The translations under genes and the position numbers were made by a program. Below the pieces are notes generated by a model. It saw nothing but the letters and a program-made list of their open reading frames with translations, did not search any database and was not told the DNA's origin. 36,972 nucleotides of DNA from an uncultured Candidatus Saccharibacteria bacterium (lineage in GTDB: Bacteria; Patescibacteriota; Minisyncoccia; Sungbacterales; SURF-37): the NCBI GenBank assembly GCA_964505815.1, contig CAZDKA010000004.1, forward strand, positions 1 to 36,972, given 5' to 3'. This document shows, one piece after another, positions 26,748-35,351 of this stretch. Each line of letters starts with the position of its first letter. Position 1 is the first letter of the stretch.

Positions 26748-26869
26748 CCGTTAGAGATCGCGGACGCGGATAAAATTATTTTTATGAAAGAGTCAAAAAT
26801 TTATAAGCAATAAAAAAACAAACGTAGAGCGCTGGGCGTTTTGTGCGTCCGCGTCCTATCTCTAACGGG
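26748..26869. repeat. CCCCGTTAGA-family element abutting the dnaN start
   Basis: CCGTTAGAGAT...ATCTCTAACGG with inner GGACGCGGA/TCCGCGTCC; followed directly by ATG at 26870. Confidence 0.7.
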
Positions 26870-27964
26870 ATGAAAATAGTATGTACGAAAAATAATCTCC
26901 GCGAAGCTTTCCAGCTTGCCGAGAGATTCACCGGCAAGAATTTTACCCTTCCTGTTCTCGCCAACATATTTTTCGCAGCTGACGGAAACAATGTGCGCTG
27001 TGTCGCCACCAATCTTGAAATGGGAGTTGAGGTTTCTATTCCAGGAAAAGTGGTAAAGGCCGGATCAATTACTGTCCCCGGCCGGGTGATAAATACGCTC
27101 ATTCAGTCCATTGATGAAGATACGGTGATTATTGAAGAGAAAGACGCATCCATCACTATAAAAACAGACTCATCAAGCTTTACTCTGCAGGGTAGCAACC
27201 CCAAAGATTTTCCTATGCTTCCCAAAATAAAAAAAGACCATGAATTTTCAGTATCTTCCGCAGATCTGCAGCTAGCCCTCGGACAGGTTCTGCCGGCATC
27301 AGCCGTTTCGGACTTCAAACCCGAACTTTCCGGAGTTTTCGTAAAGCGAGAAGGGAAAACAATGACTTTGGCTGCAACCGACTCTTTCCGTCTCGCGGAA
27401 AAAACGCTCATTTTGCCATCCGCGGCCGAGGCCATCTCTTTAATTATTCCGGGAAGAACATGTCAGGAACTTTTACGAACCCTGCCGGAAGCAGACGAGG
27501 AAGTTTTGGTGTCCGAAGGCGAAAACCAGGTCAGGTTTAACTTCGCCGGGGTTCATATTGTTTCGCGTCTGGTTGACGGAACGTATCCTGATTATGCCGC
27601 GATAATCCCCAAAGAATTTACGGCACACCTCTCCGCGGGCCGCGATGAATTAATCAGAAAAGTTAAGACGGCAAGCATCTTGTCGTCAAAATTGAACGAC
27701 ATCGCCGTAATATCTTCGGACGGCGAGTCCTTTGTGGAGGCGGCCAACGCCGAGCTCGGCAAAAGCCGGATTCAGTTTTCGGCCAAAACCAAAGGTAAGG
27801 AAAGCCGCGTTTCTTTCAACTTTCGGTATCTGCTCGACGGCCTGGAGGCCCTATCAGGAGAAGAAGCGATTTTATCGGTGAACGGCGACTCCTCGCCGGC
27901 GCTGATTCGCGACCCCAACGACTCATCGTTCCGTTACGTCCTGATGCCCATCAGGAGTGTGTAA
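26870..27964 (+). CDS. dnaN: DNA polymerase III beta sliding clamp
   Basis: LPVLANI, ATNLE, DFP.LP, AATDSFRLAE, SRLVDGTYPDY, FNFRYLLDGL, YVLMPIR. Confidence 0.97.
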   Translation: MKIVCTKNNLREAFQLAERFTGKNFTLPVLANIFFAADGNNVRCVATNLEMGVEVSIPGKVVKAGSITVPGRVINTLIQSIDEDTVIIEEKDASITIKTDSSSFTLQGSNPKDFPMLPKIKKDHEFSVSSADLQLALGQVLPASAVSDFKPELSGVFVKREGKTMTLAATDSFRLAEKTLILPSAAEAISLIIPGRTCQELLRTLPEADEEVLVSEGENQVRFNFAGVHIVSRLVDGTYPDYAAIIPKEFTAHLSAGRDELIRKVKTASILSSKLNDIAVISSDGESFVEAANAELGKSRIQFSAKTKGKESRVSFNFRYLLDGLEALSGEEAILSVNGDSSPALIRDPNDSSFRYVLMPIRSV

Positions 27965-28064
27965 AGAATAGCGCCCGACCTTAGCGTAGTGTTTGTGGAA
28001 GTCTTAGAAGAGTTGTCTCTATAAAAAAGCGGCTTGATGTTATCGCGCCGCTGACCTCCTATCT

Positions 28065-28577
28065 TTAGCGGAGAAAATCTACTTTATAGCACACCTCTTT
28101 GCCGTCATCGGTTGTGAGAATACCGTGTTGTTCGTTCATTAGGCATAAGTTAAGCCATTTCAAGCTGTCTATATTTCCTCCAGCGCTTCTTATGAAATCC
28201 GTCATCGCACTGAGCGTTATCATCTGAGAAGTCATTGGGCCGGTTCGTGGCTGTGCATAGAAGGAATTACCGAATTTAACTGCATATACTCCACTTTCTG
28301 TGTAGAGATTCCAGCCTTTCCAAAAGAGCTCCTCGCTGCCGTCTTTGTAAAACACAGAAAGCGTAGAACCAGTACCGTCATGTTGTGCGGGATCAACATA
28401 ATACCGTTTCACCAAACCAGATCCTTTGTCCTGGTTAAAGATAAACCGCTCCTCGCCAACTTTGATCCAGTTTTCAACAGGCAGAATAACGGCTGAAGGT
28501 TGTGCGAGGCTTTCTGACAGAAAAAGTTGTGTCATAATCATCACACCAAAAGCTGCCAAAACGGCTATTTTCCGCAC
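28065..28577 (-). CDS. Secreted hypothetical protein
   Basis: GTG start after GGGGGGGA; signal peptide ending ESLA; upstream TTGACA-N17-AATAAT (28665-28637); hairpin 28029-28053 downstream. Confidence 0.65.
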   Translation of the reverse strand: MRKIAVLAAFGVMIMTQLFLSESLAQPSAVILPVENWIKVGEERFIFNQDKGSGLVKRYYVDPAQHDGTGSTLSVFYKDGSEELFWKGWNLYTESGVYAVKFGNSFYAQPRTGPMTSQMITLSAMTDFIRSAGGNIDSLKWLNLCLMNEQHGILTTDDGKEVCYKVDFLR

Positions 28578-28792
28578 AGTCCCCCCCTAATCTTACAGAG
28601 AGTTATATTGAATTATAGTTTACAAGGAGCCAAATAATTATTACAAAGCCACCAGCTCTTGTCAAATCTGCAGAAGTACGTTTTAACAAGCGATAGCATA
28701 CTAAAACGTATTTTGTTTATTTCCTCACCTCATAACCGCCGCATAACAAAAAACGCAAACGCAGTTATGATATATCTGAACTTATGCAAACA

Positions 28793-31279
28793 CTATTTAT
28801 TCTCAAACGGAATCACGAGCTCGCTGGAGTTACCGACTCGGTCATAGGCCTTGAGAACAACATTTGACGGCGGGTTTCCGAGAGCAGTTTTTTTTATTTT
28901 GAATATAACCCGTCCTTTATCGCCGGGCTGTGCCGAGGCAACAAGGGCATCAAGCACCAAAGCGTTGACTTCTTTCAGCGGATAACGGGATTCAACCAAG
29001 AGGCCAAAGTAGTAGTGGTCGCCCTCATCAGCAAGAGAAGCAATGTTTATTTTTGGTTTGGTTTCGGCGGTGTGCACGTCGTCAGATTCTTTGGGCGCCT
29101 GCGCAATGGGCTTAGAAACAAAACCGGATGTCTTTAACCATTCTTTGAAAGCCGCGTCCCAGTTTTTGTACTGCGGATCCTGGTTTGGATCGCTTGGCGG
29201 CGGCCCGAGCGGGTCGTTTTTGCTAATCCAGAACAACGGGTCATGCGGCTCGCCGAAAGCTATTTCCTCAACCAAATCAGTAGGAGTAAAATCAGTGGCC
29301 AGCTTCTTTGAGACCTTGTCAACGCGGACAAGGCTTTCGCCCTGCCACAAGCCGTTGATCACGGCTTTTTCTGATTTTTTGTAATCGGGCCTCGCAAAAA
29401 ATTCCGGCAAGGAGTTGGTGCTGGCAAAACGCATGAATTTATTCCACATGGGGGCCGCAGCCAGAACTCCGGAGCCCCTCTGTTCCATTGGCGTATTATC
29501 GTTGTTTCCGGCCCAAACTCCTACCACAAGCGACGGCGTATACCCTATTGTCCAGGCGTCTCTGAATTCTTGGGTGGTTCCTGTTTTGGCCGCAGCCGGG
29601 CGATCAGGAAGCCAAAGAGAACCCCTGGGCTGAAATACAGGAATTCTGGCCTCGTCATCGGACAGAACATCGTTGATAACCCTGGCAATTTCAGTATCAA
29701 TGGCTTGCCGCGGCTCGATTTTGGCCTCTTCAAGCATTTGACCTTTCGCCTCCACCGAGAGGATGGCTCTATGAGGATGAAGAACGCCCTCAGTCGCAAA
29801 AACGCCGAAGGCCGAAGTCATTTCCAGAAGCTGCACCTCAGCGCCGCCGAGCACCAAAGACAACCCGAAGCGCGAACGGTCTTTGAGCGTGGTAATGCCC
29901 GCGGCCTCGGCGGTGCGAATGGAGTCCTCAACTCCGGCAAGGTACAGCAATTTTGCCGAGGGGACGTTTCTTGACTGGGCAAGGGCCTGGCGAAGGGTTA
30001 CCGGGCCGAGGAACTTTTCGTCATAGTTTCCTGGGTGGTAGCAATCCTCGTCTTTAATTAACGCAGAAGCCGTTTTTCCGGCCGTGTCGCAGAGCGGGTT
30101 GAGTTCAGTCGGCACGTCAAAGAGTACGGTGTCGGGCGTGTAGCCCTTTTTGAACGCGGTTGCGTAGACAAAAGGTTTGAAAGCCGACCCCGGCTGGCGC
30201 AGAGCCGTTGCGACGTTGAAGTTGCCCTCGTTTTCTATATCAAAGTAGTCTCTAGAGCCGACCATGGCGAGTATGTCTCCGCTTTTCGGGTCAACGGCAA
30301 CCAATGCGGCATTTTTTGCTTTTATCGCTTTCTCGTTGAACTCCGCCCCTTCTTTCACGATGCGCTCCGCTTCTTCCTGACGAGACCAGTCAAGAGTGGT
30401 GCGAACCGCGAGGCCTCCTTCCTGCACGGTTTCTTCGCCATATTTTTTTATCAAAAGCTCGCGAACGTACATTACAAAATGCGGGGCCCGTATGCCGGCC
30501 CGGTTTTGCGGCAGAAATTTCAGCTTTTCTTTTTTGGCCGCTTCGGCGTCTTGGCCTGAAATATAGCCGAGCTTGGCCATGCGCTCCAGCGCCGTGTCTT
30601 TTCTGGCCGCGAGCTCGTCCGCATGGTTGCCGTAGGGCGAATAGTAAGTTGGGGCTTTGGGCAGGGAGGCCAAGATCGCCGATTGGGCCAGGGTTAGGTG
30701 AGGGGTAGAGGTTCCGAAATACGTTTCTGCGGCGGCCTCTATTCCGTAAGCATTTGATCCATAGGGAATCTGGTTTAAGTACAGGTTTAGAATTTCATCC
30801 TTGGAGTAGCGCGACTCCAGGAGTATGGCCAGAAGCGCTTCTTTGATTTTTCGTTTGAAGGTGCGCTCGCGGCCCAGGATGGAATTTTTTATCAGCTGCT
30901 GGGTAATGGTTGAACCGCCTTGCTGGATGTTTCCTGACAAGATATCTACAAAAAGGGCCCGGGCAACTCCGCGGAAGTCAATGCCGCCGTGCCTGTAGAA
31001 ATTGGCGTCTTCCAGGGCGATGGCCGCGTTTTTGACTGAGGGCGGAATCTTTTCAAAAGAGACGATAGTTCGTTTTTCATCGCCGTGTATTTCAAAAAGG
31101 GGGATCGTGCCGGTCCGGTCGTAAATTTTTGTGGACTCCACGACTTTGCGCTCGTCAAACTTTGCCGGGTTAGGCAGGTCCTTGAAGAGCGAGGCAAGCA
31201 CAATTCCTCCTCCGGCAGCGGCAAGGAGTAAAACGGCGAGGGCGAAAGGAAGAAATCTGCGTATGAGGGAGCGGCGCAT
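28793..31279 (-). CDS. Class A penicillin-binding protein (PBP1A family)
   Basis: EDANFYRHGG, GGSTITQQLIKN, RKIKE, YLNQIPYG; transpeptidase motifs SAFK, SRN, KTGT. Confidence 0.95.
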   Translation of the reverse strand: MRRSLIRRFLPFALAVLLLAAAGGGIVLASLFKDLPNPAKFDERKVVESTKIYDRTGTIPLFEIHGDEKRTIVSFEKIPPSVKNAAIALEDANFYRHGGIDFRGVARALFVDILSGNIQQGGSTITQQLIKNSILGRERTFKRKIKEALLAILLESRYSKDEILNLYLNQIPYGSNAYGIEAAAETYFGTSTPHLTLAQSAILASLPKAPTYYSPYGNHADELAARKDTALERMAKLGYISGQDAEAAKKEKLKFLPQNRAGIRAPHFVMYVRELLIKKYGEETVQEGGLAVRTTLDWSRQEEAERIVKEGAEFNEKAIKAKNAALVAVDPKSGDILAMVGSRDYFDIENEGNFNVATALRQPGSAFKPFVYATAFKKGYTPDTVLFDVPTELNPLCDTAGKTASALIKDEDCYHPGNYDEKFLGPVTLRQALAQSRNVPSAKLLYLAGVEDSIRTAEAAGITTLKDRSRFGLSLVLGGAEVQLLEMTSAFGVFATEGVLHPHRAILSVEAKGQMLEEAKIEPRQAIDTEIARVINDVLSDDEARIPVFQPRGSLWLPDRPAAAKTGTTQEFRDAWTIGYTPSLVVGVWAGNNDNTPMEQRGSGVLAAAPMWNKFMRFASTNSLPEFFARPDYKKSEKAVINGLWQGESLVRVDKVSKKLATDFTPTDLVEEIAFGEPHDPLFWISKNDPLGPPPSDPNQDPQYKNWDAAFKEWLKTSGFVSKPIAQAPKESDDVHTAETKPKINIASLADEGDHYYFGLLVESRYPLKEVNALVLDALVASAQPGDKGRVIFKIKKTALGNPPSNVVLKAYDRVGNSSELVIPFENK

Positions 31280-31342
31280 GGGAAAACTATATCACCAAAT
31301 CACTATTTTACAACATGCCGTTGTCAGCCTACAATGAAAACA

Positions 31343-32557
31343 ATGGCCACCACGAACTCACCGGACCGACTCAAGCATTTGCTTGAAGATCGGGTATTTA
31401 GCGTAACTCTCCGTTCCTCGCTCGAACAAAAATTAAAATCGGGGAAGAAACTTGTTGTCAAACTCGGCGCCGATCCGTCCGTGCCCGATTTGCACCTAGG
31501 CCACGCCCTCGTTTTGCGAAAATTAAAAGAATTTCAGGACTTGGGACACCAGGCGATTTTCATCGTTGGCGATTTTACGGCGATGATCGGCGATCCTTCG
31601 GGAAGAGCCGAGTCGAGAAGGCCGCTTACACGAGAGGAAGTTCGGAAAAATGCAAAGACGTATCTCACTCAGGTCGGAAAAATCCTTGATCTTAAGAAAG
31701 CAAAGGTTCGCTATAACAGCGAGTGGTTTTCAAAAATGGATCTCGGCAAGTTTCTTCCTGTTGCCGCTCAAGTTTCTCTCAGGCGGCTTCTTGACCGGGA
31801 GGATTTTCAGAAGCGCCTTCGTGCGGGAGGCGAGGCCTGGCTCTCTGAGGGGCTCTATCAAGTGTTTCAGGCCTATGATTCGGTGGCAATCCGAGCTGAC
31901 GTAGAGCTCGGCGGCCGCGATCAGTTGCTGAATCTTCTCGCGGCGCGTGACTTGCAGAAAAAAATGGGGCAGCAGCCGGAGGATGTTGTAATTATGCCAC
32001 TCCTTCTTGGTACGGACGGCGTTCATAAGATGTCGAAGTCCTTCGGGAACTACATCGGCCTCCTTGACCCGCCGGAAGAAATGTTCGGGAAAGTCATGTC
32101 TATACCCGACGAACGGCCGAATGTGCACATGATTGACCACTATGCGGAGCTCGCGGCATTTTTAGAGCGAGACGATTTGAAAACAATTCGCCAAATGCGG
32201 AAAGGGTCGCCGTATCAGGCCAAGCAGTTTGTAGCCAAAAAAATCGTAACGCTCTACTGGGGTCGAGAAAAGGCAGGGCGAGCACATGAGACGTTCTTGA
32301 AGCGTTTTGCCAGAAGAGGAGAGGATAGAGAGGCCTATACCGAGAAAAAACTGCCGAAGTATGAATATTCGCTTCTTGATTTGGTGATGGCCCTGAATGG
32401 GGCGAGCTCGCGCTCGGAAGCGCGGCGCCTGATTCTTGGCCGGGCCGTTGAAGTTGACAACCGCGTGCGAACCGAGACAGGGCGCCTCGTGATTCTGGAT
32501 AGGGAGCGTTATATCCGCATCGGCAAGAAAAAGTTTTTAAAAGTTATCCCAAAATGA
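31343..32557 (+). CDS. tyrS: Tyrosine--tRNA ligase
   Basis: KLGADPS.PDLHLGH, GDFTAMIGDPSG, QAYD, GGRDQLLN, KMSKS, C-terminal S4 domain. Start at 31334 or 31343. Confidence 0.96.
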   Translation: MATTNSPDRLKHLLEDRVFSVTLRSSLEQKLKSGKKLVVKLGADPSVPDLHLGHALVLRKLKEFQDLGHQAIFIVGDFTAMIGDPSGRAESRRPLTREEVRKNAKTYLTQVGKILDLKKAKVRYNSEWFSKMDLGKFLPVAAQVSLRRLLDREDFQKRLRAGGEAWLSEGLYQVFQAYDSVAIRADVELGGRDQLLNLLAARDLQKKMGQQPEDVVIMPLLLGTDGVHKMSKSFGNYIGLLDPPEEMFGKVMSIPDERPNVHMIDHYAELAAFLERDDLKTIRQMRKGSPYQAKQFVAKKIVTLYWGREKAGRAHETFLKRFARRGEDREAYTEKKLPKYEYSLLDLVMALNGASSRSEARRLILGRAVEVDNRVRTETGRLVILDRERYIRIGKKKFLKVIPK

Positions 32558-32558
32558 A

Positions 32559-32594
32559 ATCAAAAACGCCCGTCCAGTGACGGGCATTTTTGAT
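32559..32594. terminator. Bidirectional intrinsic terminator
   Basis: ATCAAAAACGCCCGTC-CAGT-GACGGGCATTTTTGAT between convergent genes. Confidence 0.75.
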
Positions 32595-32603
32595 AATTCA
32601 GTT

Positions 32604-32816
32604 TCAGTACTCTTCGCTTTCTTTTTCTTTGCTGCCTTCAGCGCCGTCTTCCTCCTCCGCCAATTCGTCCTCCCCTTCTTCTTCGTACTCTTCGTCTTCG
32701 TGGGGCTCGTCCTCGTCTTCTTCCTGGTTAAAAATACGCCCGCCAGTCGGCGACAGAAGCCCCGGGGCGGCCCGATAGGCAGCTACGGTATTAAGGCGAT
32801 CGTAAGTATCAATCAT
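32604..32816 (-). CDS. Small highly acidic protein
   Basis: 70 aa with an E/D-rich C-terminal half; fits between ruvC and the terminator. Confidence 0.55.
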   Translation of the reverse strand: MIDTYDRLNTVAAYRAAPGLLSPTGGRIFNQEEDEDEPHEDEEYEEEGEDELAEEEDGAEGSKEKESEEY

Positions 32817-32858
32817 ACGAACTCATTGGAAATGATTTTTTCGACCTTTGTTATATGG

Positions 32859-33332
32859 TTAAAAATTTTTTGTATGGATCGCAGTCAAGGCAATGGCCAT
32901 GGCATCGGCGATGTCGTCAAGTTCGGGCACTTGCGCTAGTTTCAGGATGGTTTTTACCATCTCTTTGACCTGACGCTTGTCGGCTTTGCCGTAGCCGGTG
33001 ACCGCCACCTTGACTTCGCCAGGAGTATACTCAGAGACCCTAATTGATAGCTCTTTTGCAGTCAAGAGCAGGACTCCTCTGGCCTCGGCCACCGAGAGCG
33101 CTGTCTTTATATTCTTGGAAAAGAAAATTTTTTCAAGAGCGATCAAGTCGGGCCTGTGGATATCTATCAGTCCGCGCATGCCTCTTGCGATTTCCAGAAG
33201 TCGGCTCTCTTTTTCCTTGGATGAAGGGCGTATGGCTCCGCTTCTCAAAAGCTCGGTGTCGCCGCCTTCGGTTTTTTTAAGCACGGCATATCCAATTATG
33301 GCCGTACCCGGATCAATGCCTAAGATAATCAT
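32859..33332 (-). CDS. ruvC: Holliday junction resolvase RuvC
   Basis: ILGIDPG, ALEKIFFSKN, EARGV, EYTP.EVK.AVTGYGKADK, DDIADAMAIA. Confidence 0.97.
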   Translation of the reverse strand: MIILGIDPGTAIIGYAVLKKTEGGDTELLRSGAIRPSSKEKESRLLEIARGMRGLIDIHRPDLIALEKIFFSKNIKTALSVAEARGVLLLTAKELSIRVSEYTPGEVKVAVTGYGKADKRQVKEMVKTILKLAQVPELDDIADAMAIALTAIHTKNF

Positions 33333-33430
33333 TTGGTCTTTGGTTGTTAGTTTTTAGTTATAGTTTTCAGTTATTGATTTTAGTTTAACTAAAACCAGGA
33401 ACAAAAAACCAAAACTGGAAACCAATAACT
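33332..33430. repeat. Heptamer/hexamer-arm palindrome
   Basis: GGTCTTT/GGTTGTT/AGTTTTT arm...AACTAA/AACCAGG/AACCAAT arm. Confidence 0.6.
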
Positions 33431-33446
33431 GAGAACCTTCATACGA

Positions 33447-34172
33447 CTATTCTTTAGCGTTGGTGTATATCTCTTGAACATCATCGTGCTCATCCAGCGC
33501 CTCCAAAAGGGAGGCGAGCTTGGCTTTGTCGTCTTCGGCAAGCAAGATGGGGTTTGTCGGAACATAATCAACTCCCACACGAGAAAAGGCAAGACCCTTT
33601 CGTTCAAGTTCTTCTTTAAACTTTTCAAGCGAATCCGGATTGACGTAAGCCGTAAACCCCTCCGGGAATTCTTGAACGTCATCGGCCCCGGCGTCAATCA
33701 GTGTAAGAGTAAGCTCTTCCGATCTTTTCCCAGCCGATTCTTTGGGGAAATCCGCCGCGCCCACTTTTTTAAAAAGCCAGGCCACACTGCCCTCAGTGGC
33801 GAGCTTTCCTGCGCACTCGGCAAGCAGATGTTTGATCTCGCTCGTTGTCCGGTTCTTATTGTCAGTAACACCTAAAATCAGCAAGGCCGTTCCTCCCGGA
33901 CCGTAGGCCTCATAACGCACTTCTTCTAAAGCTTCTACTCCAGCGCCGCCAGCGCCGCGCAAGACGGCGCGCTCTATATTTTCTTTGGGCATGCCGATTG
34001 ACCTAGCGTTCTCAACGGCCATTCTCAATTTTGAGTTCATTGCCTGATCAGCGCCTTTTTCTTTTGCGGCAACGGCAATTAACCGCGCCATCTTTGAGAA
34101 AAGATTGCCTTTTTTGGCGTCAGTAATGGTTTTTTTATGTTTGACTTGCGCCCAGTGCGAATGTCCGGACAT
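33447..34172 (-). CDS. yebC: YebC/PmpR family protein
   Basis: MSGHSHWAQVKHKK, MPKENIERA, YEAYGPGG, TDNKNRT, DDVQEIYTN. Confidence 0.96.
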   Translation of the reverse strand: MSGHSHWAQVKHKKTITDAKKGNLFSKMARLIAVAAKEKGADQAMNSKLRMAVENARSIGMPKENIERAVLRGAGGAGVEALEEVRYEAYGPGGTALLILGVTDNKNRTTSEIKHLLAECAGKLATEGSVAWLFKKVGAADFPKESAGKRSEELTLTLIDAGADDVQEFPEGFTAYVNPDSLEKFKEELERKGLAFSRVGVDYVPTNPILLAEDDKAKLASLLEALDEHDDVQEIYTNAKE

Positions 34173-34184
34173 ACCTTACGCTCG

Positions 34185-34248
34185 AATTATGGAATTAAGA
34201 ATTATGAATACAAACGCGGCATTATTCTTAATTCGTTATTCATAATTC
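34185..34248. repeat. Heptamer-arm palindrome
   Basis: GAATTATGGAATTAAGAATTATGAAT...ATTCTTAATTCGTTATTCATAATTC. Confidence 0.6.
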
Positions 34249-34766
34249 TGTTTTTGAATTTGTTGCAGCGGTTGTTGGTGTGCGTATTTGAGAATAAGAT
34301 CTTTGGCCCTATACATATCCGGCACGTCACGGATGATGAACGTTGACTGCGAGGCCGTCTCCACCTTCAGATTTCCAAAACGGAGCACGGTTGAAATAAA
34401 CCCGGGAACCTCCATTGTAACGTTCTGGACTTTGCTCATCGGAAGCTCCGAGATCGTGCGCGAGAAAAGACCGCGCTGTTCAATATCTACGAGGCGCTTG
34501 TCGGTGATAATCCAGACATCCAGATAGTAGTCGGTCCAGACGATGAATGCGTAAAGCAAAAGCCCCAAAACATAAATGGTTAAAACGAAGTAGGCCGCCG
34601 ACCGGATTTCCGGCTTGAGTAGATAAAAACCGAGTGTCTGGGCGAGGTACAAAAGGACAAAGGGAATAAATACCAGCGAACCCAACACCGCGGCGTGTCT
34701 TGTCAGGGCGTACCAGTGACGGCGGATGACCATTAATATTTGCTCCTTGGGCTCAAGCGTTATCAT
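34236..34766 (-). CDS. Bacterial PH-domain membrane protein
   Basis: RRHW, two TMs, WIITDKRLVDIEQRGLFSR, KVQNV, FGNLKVETA. Confidence 0.85.
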   Translation of the reverse strand: MITLEPKEQILMVIRRHWYALTRHAAVLGSLVFIPFVLLYLAQTLGFYLLKPEIRSAAYFVLTIYVLGLLLYAFIVWTDYYLDVWIITDKRLVDIEQRGLFSRTISELPMSKVQNVTMEVPGFISTVLRFGNLKVETASQSTFIIRDVPDMYRAKDLILKYAHQQPLQQIQKQNYE

Positions 34767-35149
34767 GCTAATTTTCTCAGCGAGGCGAGCGATTTCGCTC
34801 GCGAAGCCGAGCTGTTAGAAAATTCAGCACCCTGTTAAATAAGATTTGAGGCGCTTCTTTAAAAACATCTTACCAAAATGGGTTTTAAAATACTTTTCTC
34901 TTCGCATGGCGTCTTTTCGACTCAAGCCGGCTTCATAATATATCAATTTTAGCGGCCGCCTGCTTTTTGTTGCCGGCACGCGTCCTTTTTGATGTTCCTC
35001 AAATCTTAATTTTATCCTGTTAAATAAAATCTTTGATTTTCTTTTGCTTAAAGCAAAAGATTTAACAGGATAAAATTATTTAACAGGGTAAAGGTTTTCT
35101 AGCTAAAATTTGTTCGCCTTTGGCTCCAAATTTTAGAGAAAGCCCTTTA
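34764..35149 (+). mobile_element. Composite ACCCTGTTAAATA-family element carrying a GIY-YIG nuclease remnant
   Basis: TIRs at 34829-34841 and 35077-35089; nested 19-bp IR 35007-35025/35060-35078; flanks shared with 35349-35512. Confidence 0.65.
34824..35009 (-). pseudogene. 5'-truncated GIY-YIG (UPF0213-like) endonuclease
   Basis: Hand translation LRFEEHQKGRVPATKSRRPLKLIYYEAGLSRKDAMRREKYFKTHFGKMFLKKRLKSYLTGC*; has the R..H..G, TK.RRP.KL.YYE and A..RE..K motifs; no start codon or N-terminal GIY/YIG strands. Confidence 0.8.
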
Positions 35150-35351
35150 ACTGGTTCCAGGGAGTGATTAAAAAGAAGTAAGCGGCCAGGATAAATAATA
35201 TCGCTGAGAGCAGGAGAAAAGCGGGCATGACTACTTTGACAGCGCTCCATCCCGGCAGGGTGTATTGATACAGATGATAAAAAACCGCCGCGGTCAGCAG
35301 TATGTAGCCGAGAGCGAAGAAGACAAATAGTCCGCCGAAAATTGCAAACAT
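35133..35351 (-). CDS. Small two-TM membrane protein
   Basis: 72 aa, two hydrophobic helices, YHLYQY loop. Confidence 0.65.
   Translation of the reverse strand: MFAIFGGLFVFFALGYILLTAAVFYHLYQYTLPGWSAVKVVMPAFLLLSAILFILAAYFFLITPWNQLKGFL

Noticed and set aside
26843-26869. Upstream starts for dnaN (26843), prgI (15609), virB4 (16930) and the ORF at 16160
   Set aside because: The extensions lie within repeat elements; family-like sequence begins at the downstream ATGs.
34829-35089. Classical IS element with a DDE or HUH transposase
   Set aside because: Too short and no transposase motifs; the cargo resembles a GIY-YIG nuclease.
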